A DNA stretch of 64,000 bases, from NCBI RefSeq assembly GCF_001194135.2, contig NC_068984.1, forward strand, positions 10,073,298-10,137,297, written 5' to 3'. This DNA is from Octopus bimaculoides (lineage: Eukaryota). The notes beneath the pieces were generated by a model. The model was not told the DNA's origin, ran no database searches, and worked only from the letters and a program-made list of their open reading frames with translations. Positions 61,290 to 64,000 of the stretch are shown here, in pieces. Positions within the stretch are counted from its first letter, which is position 1. Every line of letters starts with the position of its first letter. The translations under genes and the position numbers were made by a program.

Positions 61290-62350
61290 CTGTAGTCATT
61301 ATAATTGACTGGCCTCTTCCCACTCTTTTTCTTGGTCCATATAGTCTGTCTGTGTCACATTTTTGGTGGAGTGACCCATATCTTGTTAGCAACTTCCTTG
61401 TCTTTCTGTCTAATCTGTTTAGTTTGTCTACTGTCCATGCAATTACCTCTGCTCCATATCTAAGGAGTGAAACCGCCCAGGTGTTGATAGCTTCAATCTT
61501 ATTCCGTCCATTTAATTTCAACTCAAGGATCAATCTCAGTCTGCACAAGTACCCCACCTTAAATTTTTCTGTCATTTCTTTCTCCATTAATTTCTCCATT
61601 TCCAAAATCCCCAAGTACTTATAGCTCATCTTTTCTATCTGCTTCATAACCCCCACCCCCGATGGTATCGTTAGCCCGTCCATACATTTGATTTTGCCTC
61701 TCTTCAAGGCTAACACACCACACTTTCTCAGTCCAATTTTCATTCTGGATATCAGCACTGAAAGTATACACCGTATCAATGAGGGAACTGACTTGGGATT
61801 CATCTTTACCATAAAGTTTGAGGTCATCCATGAATAACAAATGGTTGACATTTTGCTGGTGGCTTTTGAATACTTACCCAGCTTTTGCTTTCCTCAGAAT
61901 CAAACACAGTACAAAGATCAGTGGCGATAGGCAGTCTCCTTGGAAGATGTCCTTCCTAATTTCTACTGTCCCTAAACCTCTTCCATATTCTGTCAGGTCC
62001 GTCCTCCACTTCGCCATACTTTTTCCAAGCAATCACTCAACATTCGATGCAATACCAAATAGGTTCATACATTCCATAATCCAAGAATGTGGGATCATAT
62101 CATACACCTTACGATAATTGATCCATGACACGTTTACATTAGTTTTCCTCCCCTTGAAGTCTCCAAGTACAGTTTTATCTGCCAGGAGTTGATCCTTGGT
62201 ACCTCTGCACTTGCAACCCTTCTGCTCATGTGGCAGGACTCCATTTTCCCCCAGATGTCCATACATTGACTCTGTGACTATTCCAGTCAATAGTTTCTAC
62301 ATAAGTGGCAAGCAGGATATCGGCCTGTAATTGTCTACCATATTACCTTT
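61290..62350 (-). pseudogene. R4/Dong-type non-LTR RT fragment
   Basis: NYRPISCLPL; EQKGCK..GTKDQLL; [16 protein letters not shown]; IFQGDCLSPLIF; LFMDDLKLYGK; YKYLGILE; NTWAVSLLRY. Confidence 0.9.
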
Positions 62351-62354
62351 TTCG

Positions 62355-62740
62355 ATTATTATTATTATTGTTCAGTAGTTTTATTTTTATAACGTGCTTT
62401 CACTTCACTACCGAGCGCAGCTCTGTGCGCCTTGGGTATGTGCTGTGGTTTGCTGTGGTGCTCTTATGGTTACTGTATTGAAAGTGTTTTGCGTAGGATG
62501 TGTGCTGTGCCCAGTAACGCAATTTTCTGTATGTTATATATATTTGTAAGTCCTGGTGTTTTTGTTATGTATTTGTCTGAATATTTTTTTATTTTACCTA
62601 AGGCACCTACTATGATAGGAATTGTTTCTGTTTTTAGATTCCACATTCGAGTTACTTCTATTTCCAGGTCTTTGTATTTAGAAAATTTCTCCATTTCTTT
62701 TAGGGAAACATTGTCATCTGCTGGTATTGATACATCAATT
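62355..62740 (-). pseudogene. R4/Dong-type restriction-like endonuclease C-terminus, 3'UTR and (AAT)n
   Basis: EKFSKYKDLEIEVTRMWNLKTETIPIIVGALG..QKIALLGTAHILRK; flanked by (ATT)n on both sides. Confidence 0.9.
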
Positions 62741-62746
62741 AGAAAG

Positions 62747-62787
<41 letters not shown>

Positions 62788-62941
62788 TTATTATTTTTAT
62801 TATTATTATTATTTTTATTATTATTATTATTATTATTCCACGAAGGTCAACTTTGCCTTTCATCTCTTCCCCAAAATTGTTGCCCTTGTGGAAAAATTTG
62901 AAACCATTATAATTATTATTATTATTATTATTATTATTGAA

Positions 62942-63243
62942 CATGGTCGATGCCATGTCCGCCTGACTGGCTCCCATGCTGGTGGCACATAAAAAGATCA
63001 ACGAATCATGGCTGATGCTAGTACCCCTGACTGGCTCTTGTGTTGGTGGCATGTAAAAAGCACCATCCGAACGTGATCGATGCCAGGCCCACATCGATAA
63101 TGGTTGGCTTTAGGAAGGGCATCCAACTGTAGAAACCTTGCCAGATCAGATTGGAGCCTGGTGCAGCAGCCGTTGGCTCCCCAGACCTCAGTCAAACAGT
63201 CCAACCCATGCCAGCATGGAAAATAGACGTTAAACAAAAAATA

Positions 63244-63275
<32 letters not shown>

Positions 63276-63490
63276 AATGATGATGATGATGATGATGATT
63301 AAGCACTGGAAATGGTATCACATAAAAAGCGCCCTGCATATTCTGTGAAGTGGTTGGCGTTTAGAAAGGCATCCAGCTGTAGAAATCATGTCGAAACAGA
63401 CTACGAAACCTGGTGTGAACCTTGGCCTTGCCAGATCCTGTCAAGCTGTCCAAGCATGGAAAACATGTTAAATGATGAAAAGATGATTAT
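62942..63490 (+). mobile_element. Two successive RTE 3'UTR copies
   Basis: ggaagggcatcc..aacccatgccagc..(GAT)n, followed by a second terminal module. Confidence 0.8.
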
Positions 63491-63849
63491 GATATGGGAT
63501 ATTCTAATTTATACAGAAAATAAAAAAAAATTTAAACAAAATACAACACCCTAGAACCACATCAATTGATTTTCCTGCAAAACTAGGTGATCCTGGTGAT
63601 ATTATTATGCATGTAAGATAATTGCAAAGTCTGTGGAATTGAATAATAATTGGTAACAGTTGAATAGTCAAGTGTTTTGAAAGCCATTAATGCTGTTTTA
63701 TGATGTTGCAACATAATGGAAGGACATCAGAGAAGATTGGATATTGTAATAGATAGGACTGGTGCCTTTACATTCAACTTAATGAGCTTTTAGCTTTATT
63801 TATAGTATAGGGGGTACAAATGTGTGTGTGTGTGTGTGTGTGTGTATTC

Positions 63850-64000
63850 ATTTCTTTTATTCTTTTATTCGTTTCAGTCATTTGACTGCGGCCATGCTGG
63901 AGCACTGCCTTTAGTCGAGCAAATTGACCCCAGGACTTATTCTTTGTAAGCCTAGTACTTATTCTATTGTTCTCTCTTGCTGAACCACTAAGTGATGGGG
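63850..64000 (-). mobile_element. SINE family A tail
   Basis: tttcagtcatttgactgcggccatgctggagcactgcc..tctttgtaagcctagtactt. Confidence 0.85.

Noticed and set aside
1-64000. CRISPR-like arrays, prokaryotic operons, intact rRNA or tRNA genes
   Set aside because: None seen; recurring modules are RTE 3'UTR sub-repeats without unique spacers, and the only tRNA- and 5S-like sequences are decayed

Overview
AT-rich, microsatellite-rich eukaryotic DNA from a gapped draft assembly (12 N-gaps, many inside (TA)n/(CA)n). The repeat content looks like an octopus genome (inference). No complete host gene is recognisable. Most long ORFs in the supplied track are microsatellite or N-gap artefacts. The window is dominated by decayed mobile elements. 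These include three tRNA-headed SINE families (A, CORE-like; B; C), more than 20 copies of an RTE LINE 3' end with (GAT)n tails, a 3 kb interrupted RTE RT relic, an R4/Dong-type RLE retrotransposon in (TAA)n, mariner and hAT transposase relics, and many MITEs (TA, TTAA and 8-bp TSDs). There is also a tRNA-Ala pseudogene and a 5S-derived pseudogene. The most notable signal is a set of at least four unrelated minimal hammerhead-ribozyme-like motifs (14616, 16142, 20619/20743, 39177, 49097/49656). They sit in Penelope-like architectures (tandem or head-to-head inverted repeats). One family is fused to a tRNA-type Pol III head and occurs twice. A CpG-retaining domain (about 42.4-55.5 kb) contains a well-spaced CCAAT/TATA/Inr core promoter and candidate micro-exons. 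Repeat boundaries were read by eye and are approximate (about 10-20 bp) unless TIR, TSD or splice coordinates are given.
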